Positions 9,309 to 20,036 of a stretch of 64,000 nucleotides of DNA are shown piece by piece. How positions within the stretch are numbered: the first letter of the stretch is position 1; every line of letters starts with the position of its first letter. The stretch comes from Alkalispirochaeta sp. Its GTDB lineage: Bacteria; Spirochaetota; Spirochaetia; DSM-27196; Alkalispirochaetaceae. The translations under genes were made by a program, and so were the position numbers. The notes beneath the pieces were generated by a model that was not told where the DNA came from, ran no database searches, and was given only the letters and a program-made list of their open reading frames with translations. The stretch is from positions 81,524-145,523 of the forward strand of contig CBDESZ010000003.1 of the NCBI GenBank assembly GCA_965242725.1, given 5' to 3'.

Positions 9309-10354
9309 GCGGCACGACGGACGCGTTCAAATTCGGCAACATGTACCGCCGTCATGTGTTCCACGGTGTAGTGCTTTATCGCTTCTTCCCGAAGATCCTC
9401 GCTCCATCGTGAAAGAACCTCAGGGTCTGCCTGAAGGGAATCAAGAAACTGCCGGACCGCCGCATCATCGCCAAATGACAGAAAGGGCTGTCCCGTGACC
9501 CGGGCTGCCCACACCTCGGGCCCGTGGTAACTGTCGTTGTCGACGGCAATTGCCTTTCCATGCCGCGCCGCCTCTATGACCAACAGACCCGTATTGCCGG
9601 GACTGACGACGATGTGTGCCCAGTCAAAGTGATCGTTCAGGGCCGTTCCAACCGCACGGTCGTGGACAGTCACGCGTCCCGTATCTGCCAGTTCCGGTGG
9701 TATCGAAAGCACATCCATCCCGGGACCGACGATGCGGACGTCGACATCGTCAAAGACCTCGGCAAAATGGATGAGGCGTTCAATTTTCTTTCTGGGTTTA
9801 TAGGTTCCCACAAAGAGGAGATGAATCCGTGTCTGTTCCCGGGGTACCGCAGACCGGCGAAATTCGTCGCGACGGACGGATGTGTTGTTATAGCTCACCG
9901 CTTCCAGGTGATACTCCTCGGACAGACGGTGACGGACCTGTTCGCTGTGGACGAGGATTCCTCCCGCGGCGGCCATGATGCGCCGGCGCACCGCATGGAG
10001 AAGCCGGTTGTCATGTTCACCGAATATAAGCCCCCACCAGATCCACCGGCGCCGACGCTTCCGTGAGGCGAGAAATGCCGCAACCCGGGAGATGTGACGG
10101 GGATTGGCGGAGGCACAAATGACCTCCCAGTCTTCTGACTGGATCAACGTGTGTACTTCCGGTTGACGACGAAATCCCATGAATGTGCGCGGCGCCGCCT
10201 CAATGTAGCGATATCCCTGCCGCTCCGCAGGCGGCGTCAGACGGTCCGGTCCACACGGCTGGGCAAGGACCGTGAGTTCCACCTCCTTGCTCAATTGGCG
10301 GAGAAACTCCTCCCGATAGTCAGGTGCATGATTCAGGATAAACAGAACTTTCAT
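9278..10354 (-). CDS. Glycosyltransferase, GT4-like
   Basis: ILNHAPDYR, LFVGTYKPRKK, VSPGNTGLLVIEAARHGK; ATG 10354 overlaps the upstream stop (ATGA) and has GGAG. Confidence 0.8.
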   Translation of the reverse strand: MKVLFILNHAPDYREEFLRQLSKEVELTVLAQPCGPDRLTPPAERQGYRYIEAAPRTFMGFRRQPEVHTLIQSEDWEVICASANPRHISRVAAFLASRKRRRRWIWWGLIFGEHDNRLLHAVRRRIMAAAGGILVHSEQVRHRLSEEYHLEAVSYNNTSVRRDEFRRSAVPREQTRIHLLFVGTYKPRKKIERLIHFAEVFDDVDVRIVGPGMDVLSIPPELADTGRVTVHDRAVGTALNDHFDWAHIVVSPGNTGLLVIEAARHGKAIAVDNDSYHGPEVWAARVTGQPFLSFGDDAAVRQFLDSLQADPEVLSRWSEDLREEAIKHYTVEHMTAVHVAEFERVRRAAQEEEAEPPA

Positions 10355-11274
10355 GTATTTCTCCACGTGAACGTACGGCCGAGGGTCTTCATGTATTCCC
10401 CGGCGAGACCGATCGCTTCCCCCGAACGTCCATGAATCGCCGCTGAAACTCCGCGGCGAAGAAATGGGAATCGCTGCAGAAGGCGCCGGGGATCGACCGA
10501 TCGCTCCCAGTCGAGGGGATCGAGAAGGGGAATCATATCGGTGCCGCCCCTGTCGACGACGATGCCGTTCTGAATCGCCAGGGTTGAATATTTGTGCTGA
10601 AGGAGACTCTTCTTCCAGCTGGCAGAAACCGATTCGGGAATGGTTATTTTGTCAAAAAGTATGTCCGCAGTATTAACGATCGGTCCCCGGCGACTGAGAC
10701 GAATCCACAGGTCCGAGTCCTGGGCGTACCGGAAAAAGGGGCGGTACCCGCCGATGGCGTCATAGTCCTTCCGGCGTATGACGGCGCATTCATGGGTCGC
10801 CGGTTTGGGTATGACATTATCGACGAGATTCCGCGGCGCGATGCCGTCGCGGATGCGCGTGTGAATGACTCTGCCTTCCGGTGACCGGACGCGGACGCTG
10901 CAACCGGCGGCAACAGCTTCCTTGTTTTCCTGCAATAAACGAAAAAGCACGGAAAGGCGGCGGGGTGAAGATACATCTCCGGAACCGTGCAGCCCGATGA
11001 AAGGAGCCGTTGTCCGTTCCTCGATGCATCGCTTGAGGGAGACGGTAAAGCCCTCGTTATCCTTGCCCCAGACGATAAGTTCCACTCCGGCACGGCGGGC
11101 GGCCGGAATCATCGCCTCCAGGCGGGCCCGGGTGTCGTCGGTGGAACCGTCATCGACGGCAAAGACCCGATATCCTTCAAAGTCCTGATGAATGATGCTT
11201 CCGATCGATTCTTCTACGCGGTACGCCCGATTGTACCACACAGTGACTACGTCGATTTGCGTCTGTTGTGCCAT
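10351..11274 (-). CDS. Glycosyltransferase family 2
   Basis: VVTVWYN, VDDGSTD, GGYRPFFRYAQDSDLWIRL; the DxD position is degenerate (HGSGD). Confidence 0.85.
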   Translation of the reverse strand: MAQQTQIDVVTVWYNRAYRVEESIGSIIHQDFEGYRVFAVDDGSTDDTRARLEAMIPAARRAGVELIVWGKDNEGFTVSLKRCIEERTTAPFIGLHGSGDVSSPRRLSVLFRLLQENKEAVAAGCSVRVRSPEGRVIHTRIRDGIAPRNLVDNVIPKPATHECAVIRRKDYDAIGGYRPFFRYAQDSDLWIRLSRRGPIVNTADILFDKITIPESVSASWKKSLLQHKYSTLAIQNGIVVDRGGTDMIPLLDPLDWERSVDPRRLLQRFPFLRRGVSAAIHGRSGEAIGLAGEYMKTLGRTFTWRNT

Positions 11275-11368
11275 TCCAGCCCTTTCACGATGGATTGTAC
11301 GTGAATTGCACGCCGTTGTCGCCCGCCCTCCCTTATCATGGCCGGGAGATACGGTTTATAACGGTCCC

Positions 11369-12454
11369 GTGGTCGTTCACTTTCACGCTGATGACTGGCT
11401 GCTCTCGTCCGAGGGGAATCTGATGCGCCGGAGCACCGACGGAGGTGCGACCTGGCAGGAGATCGGCCGCATCCGGCCGGGCAGTGAAGGGGGGGCAGGC
11501 CGGCGCTATCGCCTCGGAATCGGCCGGTTGGGGCGCCGCCTCGTCAGAGGCGGTATTCGTCACGCCGTTTGCGGCGGCTCGCCGGAAGCCCGGACGATCA
11601 TTGCCGTGGCGGCAAAACGGTTTTACCGCATGGACGGTACGGTTTTCGGGCACACCGGTAGGGCGGCGCCCGATGAATCGGTCGTTCCCGGCGCCTTTGC
11701 CGTCGGTTCCAATCCGCTGTGCACGCCCGCCGTCGTTCCGGCCGCGACCATCTATTACGGTGAGTATCGCGCCAATCCGGAGCGCTCGCCCGTTCACGTC
11801 TGGCGCAGCGACGACCATGCAGCCACCTTCCACCCCGCCTGGACCTTCGCCGACGTCAGGCATGTACATGGCGTTTTTGCCGATCCATTTGATCCCGCCG
11901 CCCTCTGGGTGACCACCGGCGACGACGACTCCGAGAGCGCGATATGGTGTACAACAGACGCGTTTCGGACACTTGAGCCGATGGTCCGGGGCGGACAGCA
12001 GGCGCGGGCGGTGGACCTCATATTTACCACTGATGCCGTCTATTTCGGCTCGGATACGCCTCGTGAACAGAACTGGTGGTACCGCATGGATCGCCGCACC
12101 GGCCGTGTGGAGCGACAGATTCCCGTCGGCGGCAGCGTCTTCTGGGCGCGGACGACGCCCGACGGCTGGCGTGTCTTCTCCACGGTGGTTGAAAAAAGTG
12201 CGGTCAACAAGAGTCGGTACGCCGAGCTCTGGGCCGCTCCTCCCGGCAATGACGAGTGGCGTCGCATCCTCGCGTTGAAAAAGGACCCCTTCCACGACAA
12301 GTACTTTGACCATGGGCAGATCCGCTTCGCCGCGGGGCCCGGGGCGCCGGGTATCGTCTGGATCACGCCGTACGCCGTTGCGGGGGATCAGCAAAGCAGG
12401 ATAATCGAACTTGCGTCGAGGTGGGCGGATGCACCGTCGGGAGCGGTTCGGTGA
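11369..12454 (+). CDS. Asp-box (BNR) repeat beta-propeller, sialidase/glycosidase-like
   Basis: Asp-boxes RSTDGGATW, RSDDHAATF, TTDAFRTL; YYGEY, VRHVH, TGDDD, FGSD; start (GTG 11369) uncertain. Confidence 0.65.
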   Translation: MVVHFHADDWLLSSEGNLMRRSTDGGATWQEIGRIRPGSEGGAGRRYRLGIGRLGRRLVRGGIRHAVCGGSPEARTIIAVAAKRFYRMDGTVFGHTGRAAPDESVVPGAFAVGSNPLCTPAVVPAATIYYGEYRANPERSPVHVWRSDDHAATFHPAWTFADVRHVHGVFADPFDPAALWVTTGDDDSESAIWCTTDAFRTLEPMVRGGQQARAVDLIFTTDAVYFGSDTPREQNWWYRMDRRTGRVERQIPVGGSVFWARTTPDGWRVFSTVVEKSAVNKSRYAELWAAPPGNDEWRRILALKKDPFHDKYFDHGQIRFAAGPGAPGIVWITPYAVAGDQQSRIIELASRWADAPSGAVR

Positions 12455-14272
12455 CGACCGGATCGACGGGGAAGGGGGGCCGCGCCGGCCGCCTCCATCG
12501 CCTGGGGCGATTATACCGCACCGTCCGCCACCTCCGCCCCCGACAGATCGTCTTCCGTCTCGTCCGGCGCGGCCCCGCCGCCCGCCTGGAGAAGCGCATA
12601 CTCGGTCCGCGGTGGCGCCGCTTCAGCCGATGCATGGAAGGTGTCACCCGCACGGTTGTGGACACCCCCACTGGGCAGAATCCCTTCGCCGCTGCGCCGA
12701 ATCCGCCGGCGATCCTTGCACGGGAGGGCCTGTCGGTAGACGGCGTCCCGGCGCCGGTCGATCCCGGCGAGTGGATCGAGGCCGGACATTCCCGCTTCCG
12801 CCTCTACCGCCTCCACGCAAATCTCTTTCTCGCCCATCCGGAGACGGACGGAGCGGCGGCCGTCGCATTTCTCGGGAGATATATCGCCCTACTCGCGGGG
12901 GAAGATGAAGCCGGTCGGGCGGACGCCTTTCAGGTCGCCTGGGAACCCCATCCCCTTTCTTTGCGCATCATCAGCTGGGTTCAATGTGCCGCCGCCGCTG
13001 CGGCGAGGGGGTGGGAGCTTCCCCGCCGTTTTCCCCGCCGCCCTTTTTTGTCAGGCCCGGGTTCTCTCGCGGCGTGTTGAGTATGAAACCGACGGAAACC
13101 ACCTCATAGACAACGCCGCCGCGCTTGTCCTTGCAGCGCGGCTCCTTGGAACCTGGGGCGCCCCTGATGCGGGAGTTTTGTATCTCCGGGGCGTTCGTCT
13201 CCTGCTACGGGAACTTCCACGGCAGCTCCTCCCGACGGGGTTTCACGACGAGCGTTCACCCATGTACCACAACCTCATGACCGAAAAGGTGCTGGATGTT
13301 CTGGCCGTTCTTGATCCAGATAAACGTAGTGAAAGCAGGTTGATCGGCTATGCACGGGAGATGGTCCGGCGGGCAGGGTTCTTTGGCGACGTTCAGCCCG
13401 CTCTGAACGATACCTTTCCGGGTATGGGACCCGCGGCGGAGGATCTTAACCGGTACGCCGCCGCGCTTGGCATTTCGTCCGGGGACGGCGGTTCCCCGGA
13501 TGTTGCCGCTCTTTCTGCCGTGGCCCCTCGCCGGTTTGCTCCCGCTCTGTACAACGTCATTCGCGGTCACTTCCGCGTCCTTTTTGACGCCGACGCCGTG
13601 GGGCCCGATCACGTCCCGGGACACGCCCACGCCGATACGCTTCAAATCCTCCTGTGGTACGACGGCGTCCCCACACTTGTGGACACCGGGACGAGCACCT
13701 ATGATCCCGGCCCGCGCCGGGAATACGAGCGGAGCACCGCCGCCCATAACACCGTTGCCGTCGGAGGGGGCGATTCCAGCGAGGTGTGGGGTGCGTTTCG
13801 TGTCGGTCGCCGCGCCCTGGTCATCGAAAACCGCACGCTTGTGGACACTCCCCGGGAATGGAAAGCGGAGGCCGCCCACGACGGCTTCCGGTGGCGCGGC
13901 GCCATCCACCGGCGGGCGGTATCGCTTACTCCTGAGCGGATTGTCGTGACCGATCGGGTGATCCCCGCCGGCGGTGCCGGAGCGTCCCGCCGTGCTGCTT
14001 CCGGTCCGCTCGCCCCCGGGTCGGGCGGCTCCTCACCCGCGACACCCAACCGCGCCTTTTGGCACGTCGCGCCGGAAGTCGCGCTGACGGTACGGAAAAT
14101 CTCCGCGAGGCGGGTTGCCCTGAACGGTCTTGAGTGTGAATTCCGCGGCGCGACGAAGTTCTATATAAAGAAAAGTGAGATCGCGGCGGGCTTTGAGAAG
14201 CGTGTGGAAAGCGTTACAATCGTCGTTGAATTTGAATCGGAATTGGAGTCAATCATTGAACCAGGACATTAA
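12451..14272 (+). CDS. Heparinase II/III-family protein, split by a +1 frameshift near 13007-13024
   Basis: N-half LYRTVRHLRPRQI, WEPHPLSLRIISW; C-half GNHLIDNA, GFHDERSPMYH, PGHAHAD, VDTGTSTY, RSTAAHNT, SSEVWGAFRVGRRA; removing one base at a G/C run joins the halves. Confidence 0.8.
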
Positions 14273-15503
14273 AACCATTTGTGTGGTCGGGCTGGGATAT
14301 ATCGGGCTGCCTACGGCGGCACTTCTTGCCAATCGGGGATATCGCGTCTTCGGCGTCGATGTGCAGGCGCGGGTGGTGGAAACCATCAACCGCGGGGAGA
14401 TCCATATCGTTGAACCGGATCTGGACAGTTTTGTCCGTTCCGCCGTGGGAACCGGCGCCTTGACGGCGCATGCCGACGCACAGCCGGCGGATGTTTTTGT
14501 GATCGCCGTTCCGACGCCCCTGACGGATACCAAGGCGCCGCGCATGGACTACGTCTGGAACGCGGCGGAGATGATCGCGCCGGTGGTGAAGCCGGGCAAT
14601 CTGGTCATTCTCGAGTCCACGTCACCTGTGGGCACCACCGAGAAGGTAGGTGAGGTTCTCGCCACCAAAGGTGTCGATCTCACGACGATCCACCTCGCCC
14701 ATTGCCCGGAACGGGTGCTTCCCGGACGGATCATGATCGAACTCAGCGAGAACGATCGCATCGTCGGCGGCGTCTCCGCGGCGGCGACGAGCCATGTCGC
14801 GGAGTTTTACCGCTCCTTTGTCGTTGGCGAAGTTCTCGAGACGACCGCCCGCACCGCGGAGATGACCAAGCTTGTTGAAAACGCCTCAAGGGATGTGCAG
14901 ATCGCCTTTGCAAACGAACTCTCCCTCCTGAGCGATCGATTCGGCGTGGACGTGTGGGAGGTTATCGAGATGGCCAACCACCATCCCCGGGTGAATATTC
15001 TCAAACCCGGTCCGGGCGTGGGAGGCCACTGCATCGCCGTTGATCCCTGGTTTCTCGTAGACGGTGCTCCCGATGAAGCGATACTGATCCGCACCGCCCG
15101 GGAACGGAACCTCGCCAAGACCGACTGGGTTGTTGAGGAAATTGTCCGGCGCGCCCGGGAGATCGGCGGCCCGAACGACGACGGCTCGACCAAAGACAAT
15201 CCGGCAACCGGACAAGCGCGGCCGGCGGCCACCGTCGCCGTGATGGGGCTGGCATACAAGGCCGACATCGACGATCTCAGGGAGTCTCCGGCGCTCTATG
15301 TCGCCCGGCAGCTGAAGGCCGCCGGTTTGCCCCTTCGTGTCTCGGAGCCCAACGTTGAAGAACACGGAGAGTTTGAACTTCTCGATCCCCAGGATGCCGT
15401 CGATGGCGCCGATCTGGTTGTCTTCCTGGTGGCCCATCGGGAGTTCCGTGAGGTCACTACGGGTGACAAGGCGGTGATGGACGTCTGCGGGGCGCGGCGA
15501 TGA
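14256..15503 (+). CDS. wecC: UDP-N-acetyl-D-mannosamine dehydrogenase
   Basis: VGLGYIGLPTA, ESTSPVGTT, HCPERVLPG, PGPGVGGHCIAVDPWF, GLAYKADIDDLRESP; TTG start with GGAG. Confidence 0.9.
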   Translation: MNQDIKTICVVGLGYIGLPTAALLANRGYRVFGVDVQARVVETINRGEIHIVEPDLDSFVRSAVGTGALTAHADAQPADVFVIAVPTPLTDTKAPRMDYVWNAAEMIAPVVKPGNLVILESTSPVGTTEKVGEVLATKGVDLTTIHLAHCPERVLPGRIMIELSENDRIVGGVSAAATSHVAEFYRSFVVGEVLETTARTAEMTKLVENASRDVQIAFANELSLLSDRFGVDVWEVIEMANHHPRVNILKPGPGVGGHCIAVDPWFLVDGAPDEAILIRTARERNLAKTDWVVEEIVRRAREIGGPNDDGSTKDNPATGQARPAATVAVMGLAYKADIDDLRESPALYVARQLKAAGLPLRVSEPNVEEHGEFELLDPQDAVDGADLVVFLVAHREFREVTTGDKAVMDVCGARR

Positions 15504-16813
15504 GCGGCGGTACGTCAAAAGGCAGTGCGTCAACCGGTGCCGGGAAGGGCGCCCACCCGGCCGAAAAGAAGGACAAAACCGTCCTCTTTGTCGTCGGAAC
15601 GCGCCCCGAGGCGATCAAGCTGGCCCCGGTAATTCTTGCCGCCCGGGAACGGGAAGGGCTTACGCCATTTGTCCTGTCGACGGGCCAGCACCGGGAGATG
15701 CTTGCCCAGGTATTCGGTCTCTTCGGAATCGTCCCCGACGAGGATCTGGCGATCATGAAGCCGGGGCAGGATCTCTTTGACGTTTCCTCGGCGGTTCTGC
15801 TCGGTATGCGTGACGTTATCCGGGCCCACCGTCCCGATATGGTGGTTGTCCAGGGCGATACAACGAGCTGTTTCGTCGGCGCCCTCGCCGCCTTCTACGA
15901 GCGGGTACCGGTGGCTCACGTGGAAGCGGGGTTGCGCACGTATGACCTTGCGGCGCCCTTTCCCGAAGAGGCAAACCGACAACTGGCAAGCCGTATCGCC
16001 ACGCTCCATTTTCCCCCCACCGACGGCTCCGCCGGTCACCTCACGGAGGAGGGCGTGGACCCCGCCGATATCACCGTCACGGGAAACACCGTGATCGACG
16101 CACTGTTGTGGGTGCGGGATCGGCTGGATGCGGCGGAAAGTCCCGACGACGGCGCTTCAGCCCGTTCCGCCACCTCCGCCCCCGATGTGATCGTCCGGGG
16201 CCTGGAAGAGCTGCGGAGCGCCTGGTCGGAAGTGGACAGCGGGAAACCCTATGTCCTCATTACCGGACATCGGCGGGAGAATTTCGGCGGTGGATTTGAG
16301 TCACTGTGCCGGGCAATCGCGGACCTTGCCGGACTGTACCGGGAGTGGAATTTCGTCTATCCCGTCCATTTAAATCCAAACGTACAGGAGCCGGTGCGAC
16401 GTATCCTCGGTACTACGGATAATGTCTTTCTTATCGAACCCCAGGACTATGCACCCTTTGTTCGTCTCATGGACGGTGCACGGTTTATCCTCACCGACTC
16501 GGGGGGCGTACAGGAAGAGGCTCCATCCCTTGGAAAGCCGGTGCTTGTCATGCGGGAAAAGACCGAACGTCCGGAAGCGGTAGAGGCGGGAACGGTCCGC
16601 CTCGTCGGAACCGACCGGGAGAGGATCGTCGCGGAAGCACGCCACCTCATTGATGATCCCGAACACTATGAGGCGATGTCGCGGGCTCACAACCCCTACG
16701 GTGACGGGAAGGCGAGTGAACGTATTCTCGACGCCATCGCAGATTATTTTGACCGAATTGGATCGGGGACGACCGCCGCCTCAGGCCGCCAGGCCGGACC
16801 CGGGACTTCCTGA
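15500..16813 (+). CDS. wecB: UDP-N-acetylglucosamine 2-epimerase (non-hydrolysing)
   Basis: GTRPEAIKLAP, TGQHREML, QGDTTS, HVEAGLRT, PFPEEANR, TDSGGVQEEAP, NPYGDG. Confidence 0.95.
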   Translation: MSGGTSKGSASTGAGKGAHPAEKKDKTVLFVVGTRPEAIKLAPVILAAREREGLTPFVLSTGQHREMLAQVFGLFGIVPDEDLAIMKPGQDLFDVSSAVLLGMRDVIRAHRPDMVVVQGDTTSCFVGALAAFYERVPVAHVEAGLRTYDLAAPFPEEANRQLASRIATLHFPPTDGSAGHLTEEGVDPADITVTGNTVIDALLWVRDRLDAAESPDDGASARSATSAPDVIVRGLEELRSAWSEVDSGKPYVLITGHRRENFGGGFESLCRAIADLAGLYREWNFVYPVHLNPNVQEPVRRILGTTDNVFLIEPQDYAPFVRLMDGARFILTDSGGVQEEAPSLGKPVLVMREKTERPEAVEAGTVRLVGTDRERIVAEARHLIDDPEHYEAMSRAHNPYGDGKASERILDAIADYFDRIGSGTTAASGRQAGPGTS

Positions 16814-16824
16814 CGGGGATTGAC

Positions 16825-18141
16825 GTGAAGATCCTCGTCATCTCCCAGTACTATCGTCCCGATATCACGGCCGCCGCCTTTCGCATCGCCGAGACGGCGG
16901 ATCTCCTGGCCGAAATGGGTCATGACGTTTCCGTAGTGACGTCGGAACCGCACCGCGCCCAGGCGTCCGGTGACCGTAACCCGGGGGCCGGGGAGGTTCC
17001 CGCCGAGGGAATTAACCCGACCATACACCGCGTAGCGATCGACCCCCTTTCAGGCGGCGGAATGCGACCGTACCTGCGTCACTTCTTCTCATTTGTCCTC
17101 CGGGCACGGCGACGGGCCCGCCGTCTTTTCCGCGACGGCTATCGTCCCGATGTCATCTGGGTGAGTTCGCCGCCCCTCTTTGTGGGGCTCATCGGCACTG
17201 CGGCCGCAAGATGGTCGGGCGCACCGATGGTTCTCGATATTCGCGATGTCTGGCCCGATACTGCCGTTGCGGCGGGGCAGATTTCCCGTGAGGGTCGGGC
17301 GTACAAGGTCGGGCGTTTTCTTGAACATTGGCTCTATCGGAAGGCAGCGGCCTTTTCCTGCGTCGCCGAACCGATGGCGGAGTATCTCAGGGACGAGACC
17401 GGAGGCTCGCCGGAACGCGCTGAAACCGCGGGTGACGCCACGGTAGACGCCCCGCAATCCTTCACGCAGCCGATCGAGGTTGTGTATAACGGTGCGGGAT
17501 TTGACGTCGTGGAACCCGTTCCCGCGGAAGATGTGCAGCGGACCGTCCTGTACGCCGGTAACCTCGGCCGCCTGCAGGGCATCGGCGCCCTGCTTCAGGC
17601 GTGGGCGGCCCTCGTGAAAGGCGAATCGACCCCGGATTGCGCGCCGGATAGCGCGGAGCAGGCCGCGCCGGCCGCGGGCTGGACGCTGGAAATCATCGGC
17701 GGCGGAGTGCTGGAAGAGGAGCTGCGCAGACAGGTGAATGAGCTCGGTATAGGCGAATCGGTACGATTCCGCGGGGTCATGGCCAAGGGGGATACGGTCC
17801 GGGAAATGGCCCGGGCGGGCATTCTCTTCCTCAACCTGATCTCCCGTCCCGTTTTTGATCTCACGATTCCCAGCAAGCTCTTTGATTATCTTGCCGTGGG
17901 AAGGCCCATCGTCGGCGGCATATCAGGTGAGGGAAAGATGATCCTTGAGAAGACGCCGGGCAACCGGGCGGTCACACCGGACAATTCCGACTCGATCGCA
18001 GCAGCCCTGCGGGAGATCATGAGCGGAGACGAATGGCGGTCATCGCTTCCTGAAAACCAGCGGCTGGCGGGAGATCGCTACTCCCGCCGGGCAAACGCCG
18101 CGGTCCTGGAGCGGCTCCTGACCCGCGTCGCCCGGCTGTAG
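16825..18141 (+). CDS. Glycosyltransferase family 4 (WbuB-like)
   Basis: ISQYYRPD, SSPPLF, DIRDVWPD, YAGNLGRLQG, IPSKLFDYLAVGRPI. Confidence 0.9.
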   Translation: MKILVISQYYRPDITAAAFRIAETADLLAEMGHDVSVVTSEPHRAQASGDRNPGAGEVPAEGINPTIHRVAIDPLSGGGMRPYLRHFFSFVLRARRRARRLFRDGYRPDVIWVSSPPLFVGLIGTAAARWSGAPMVLDIRDVWPDTAVAAGQISREGRAYKVGRFLEHWLYRKAAAFSCVAEPMAEYLRDETGGSPERAETAGDATVDAPQSFTQPIEVVYNGAGFDVVEPVPAEDVQRTVLYAGNLGRLQGIGALLQAWAALVKGESTPDCAPDSAEQAAPAAGWTLEIIGGGVLEEELRRQVNELGIGESVRFRGVMAKGDTVREMARAGILFLNLISRPVFDLTIPSKLFDYLAVGRPIVGGISGEGKMILEKTPGNRAVTPDNSDSIAAALREIMSGDEWRSSLPENQRLAGDRYSRRANAAVLERLLTRVARL

Positions 18142-18186
18142 CTCACCGGCCGGAGGCGCCGGCAACCGCAGGCGTCCGGTGTACCC

Positions 18187-19947
18187 TCAGTACGTATACC
18201 GCAGCGAAAAATTGGAGTAGTGGTTGACCTCGTCGTCGGTATAGGTGGTGTACCCGCCGCCACCGTCGCTCGCGGCGTCGTCCGTCCACACATACTCTAT
18301 CGGCCGGCGGACGTACTCATAGGTATATCCCAGGCCGAGGTGCAGCGCACTTTTGCCGACCGGTACGGTCAGATCACCCCTGAGTCCCGCCTGATACCGT
18401 CGTTCCAGATGGTCCTGCGTCAGGAATCCGAACGTCTCGTTGTAGACGAGATCGCCGGGGGCCCAGAAGTAGTCGGTATTCGTGTTGTTGTCAAAATCCC
18501 CGTCCCGCCCCGCGTCGTAGTACCCTCCGTCATTGAGAAACTGGTCCAACTCCCCCTCGGAGGCGTTGGCGTGGCGAATGATCGTCCCCGTCGCCTCCAG
18601 GCGCAGCCACGACGCCGGAGCCGCCGACGCCGTCAGGCGTGCCCGGTCCGAGTTGGGTAACAAGCCGTTGCCGATGCTCGTCTCGTGGTGCATGTAGGTG
18701 AGATAGTTGGGCTCCGTCGTGTAGGGGTTGGTGGCGGCGTGGGTGTACATATAGGGAAGGACCGCCTCATAGCTCGCTTCAAACATCGGCTGCCATGAGC
18801 CCTCGGGCGCCCACTGTATCGCCGAGGCGGTGGCCATGAGGTACTTGGTGTCGAAATTGAACGTGGCGATGTCATTGAATCCCGCGTCATCGACGTAGAC
18901 CATCAGGGGAATACGCAATCCCGGCGTCGGACGGATGTCCGCGCTCAGCCCGATAAAGGAGTTGTCCGCAAAGGCGGCGTTCCCCTGGGCGTGCCAGAGA
19001 AACTTCAGGGGAAGGAGATAATTGAGCTCCGTCCGCGGTCCGAAAACCACCGCTTCAAAGAAGGAGAACTCAAACCATTTCGCCGGGCGGAATCCAAAGC
19101 TCTGAATAAAGAGTTTTTTTCCCGGAACTTCCAGCGCCTGGGCCTTGAAGTCGTCCGTCCCATCCTGGTCGACGTCCGTGTTCAACGAATGGTCGGGATC
19201 GTCGATTTTCTGAAAGCGCGCCACCGCCGTATGTGACGAGAGGGACGCCGTATACCGCAACGGACCAATGTCGTACTGGAGGATTGCATTTCCCGCCTGG
19301 GGAGCGTAACGGCTCAGGACGGGGCTCTCCTCGTGAAAGGGACCGTAGGAGCGCCGGTGAATACCTGCCCTGATGGAGAGGTTTTCCCACTCCAGGGTCG
19401 TCTGGGTGTTGATCTGGAGGAGTGTGTAAATATCGCGGCCGCGGACGGTCACCTTGGCGTTGTCCTCGAGGACGTCTTCGGTCGCCCGTATGCCTGAGGG
19501 AACGAGGTCTTCCGCACCCCGCTCGATGAGCCATCCGCTGAAACTTCCGCCGAATGAGAGCGCATCCGTGAGACGCCCGCCCCCTTCGATGCCCGCGGTG
19601 GCTTTCGGCTGGATCTCGTCGTCCCTGGTGTAGAGACGGACGTCCATGAAGGGACTCCCGTATATCGAGCCTTCACCCTGCGGCGTGATTTCGTCAAGAA
19701 AACGCTGCGCCTCCGTCCGTTCCTGAGGCGAGCCGCGGCGAATCACATCTCCCAGAAGCGTTTCAAGTTCCGTTAGCGAGTAGGGTTGGATCACCGGCAC
19801 CTGTTCCACCAGCCCCCGGGCGATCCAGCGGTCCAGCGCACGGTAGACCGGATGGTTCGGGTCGGTCGTCATCTCGGCGCCGACGGTCAACGGCGCGACG
19901 ATGCCGATCGCCGCAATCAAAACCACGTATAAAAAATTTCGTTTCAT
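18187..19947 (-). CDS. Exported outer-membrane beta-barrel, Wzi-like
   Basis: Signal peptide MKRNFLYVVLIAAIGIVAPLTVGA; FEFSFFEAVVFG, DNSFIG, YVDD, PYMYTH, IGNGLLPNSD; ends in aromatic SLRYTY. Confidence 0.6.
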   Translation of the reverse strand: MKRNFLYVVLIAAIGIVAPLTVGAEMTTDPNHPVYRALDRWIARGLVEQVPVIQPYSLTELETLLGDVIRRGSPQERTEAQRFLDEITPQGEGSIYGSPFMDVRLYTRDDEIQPKATAGIEGGGRLTDALSFGGSFSGWLIERGAEDLVPSGIRATEDVLEDNAKVTVRGRDIYTLLQINTQTTLEWENLSIRAGIHRRSYGPFHEESPVLSRYAPQAGNAILQYDIGPLRYTASLSSHTAVARFQKIDDPDHSLNTDVDQDGTDDFKAQALEVPGKKLFIQSFGFRPAKWFEFSFFEAVVFGPRTELNYLLPLKFLWHAQGNAAFADNSFIGLSADIRPTPGLRIPLMVYVDDAGFNDIATFNFDTKYLMATASAIQWAPEGSWQPMFEASYEAVLPYMYTHAATNPYTTEPNYLTYMHHETSIGNGLLPNSDRARLTASAAPASWLRLEATGTIIRHANASEGELDQFLNDGGYYDAGRDGDFDNNTNTDYFWAPGDLVYNETFGFLTQDHLERRYQAGLRGDLTVPVGKSALHLGLGYTYEYVRRPIEYVWTDDAASDGGGGYTTYTDDEVNHYSNFSLRYTY

Positions 19948-20036
19948 GAGAAGCCCTTTCAAAAAAAATTACACCCCGATTTCCGCTGCACGTCAATGAT
20001 ACGCCTTCCCGTTCTCACACCCGGAGATCTCCACCC

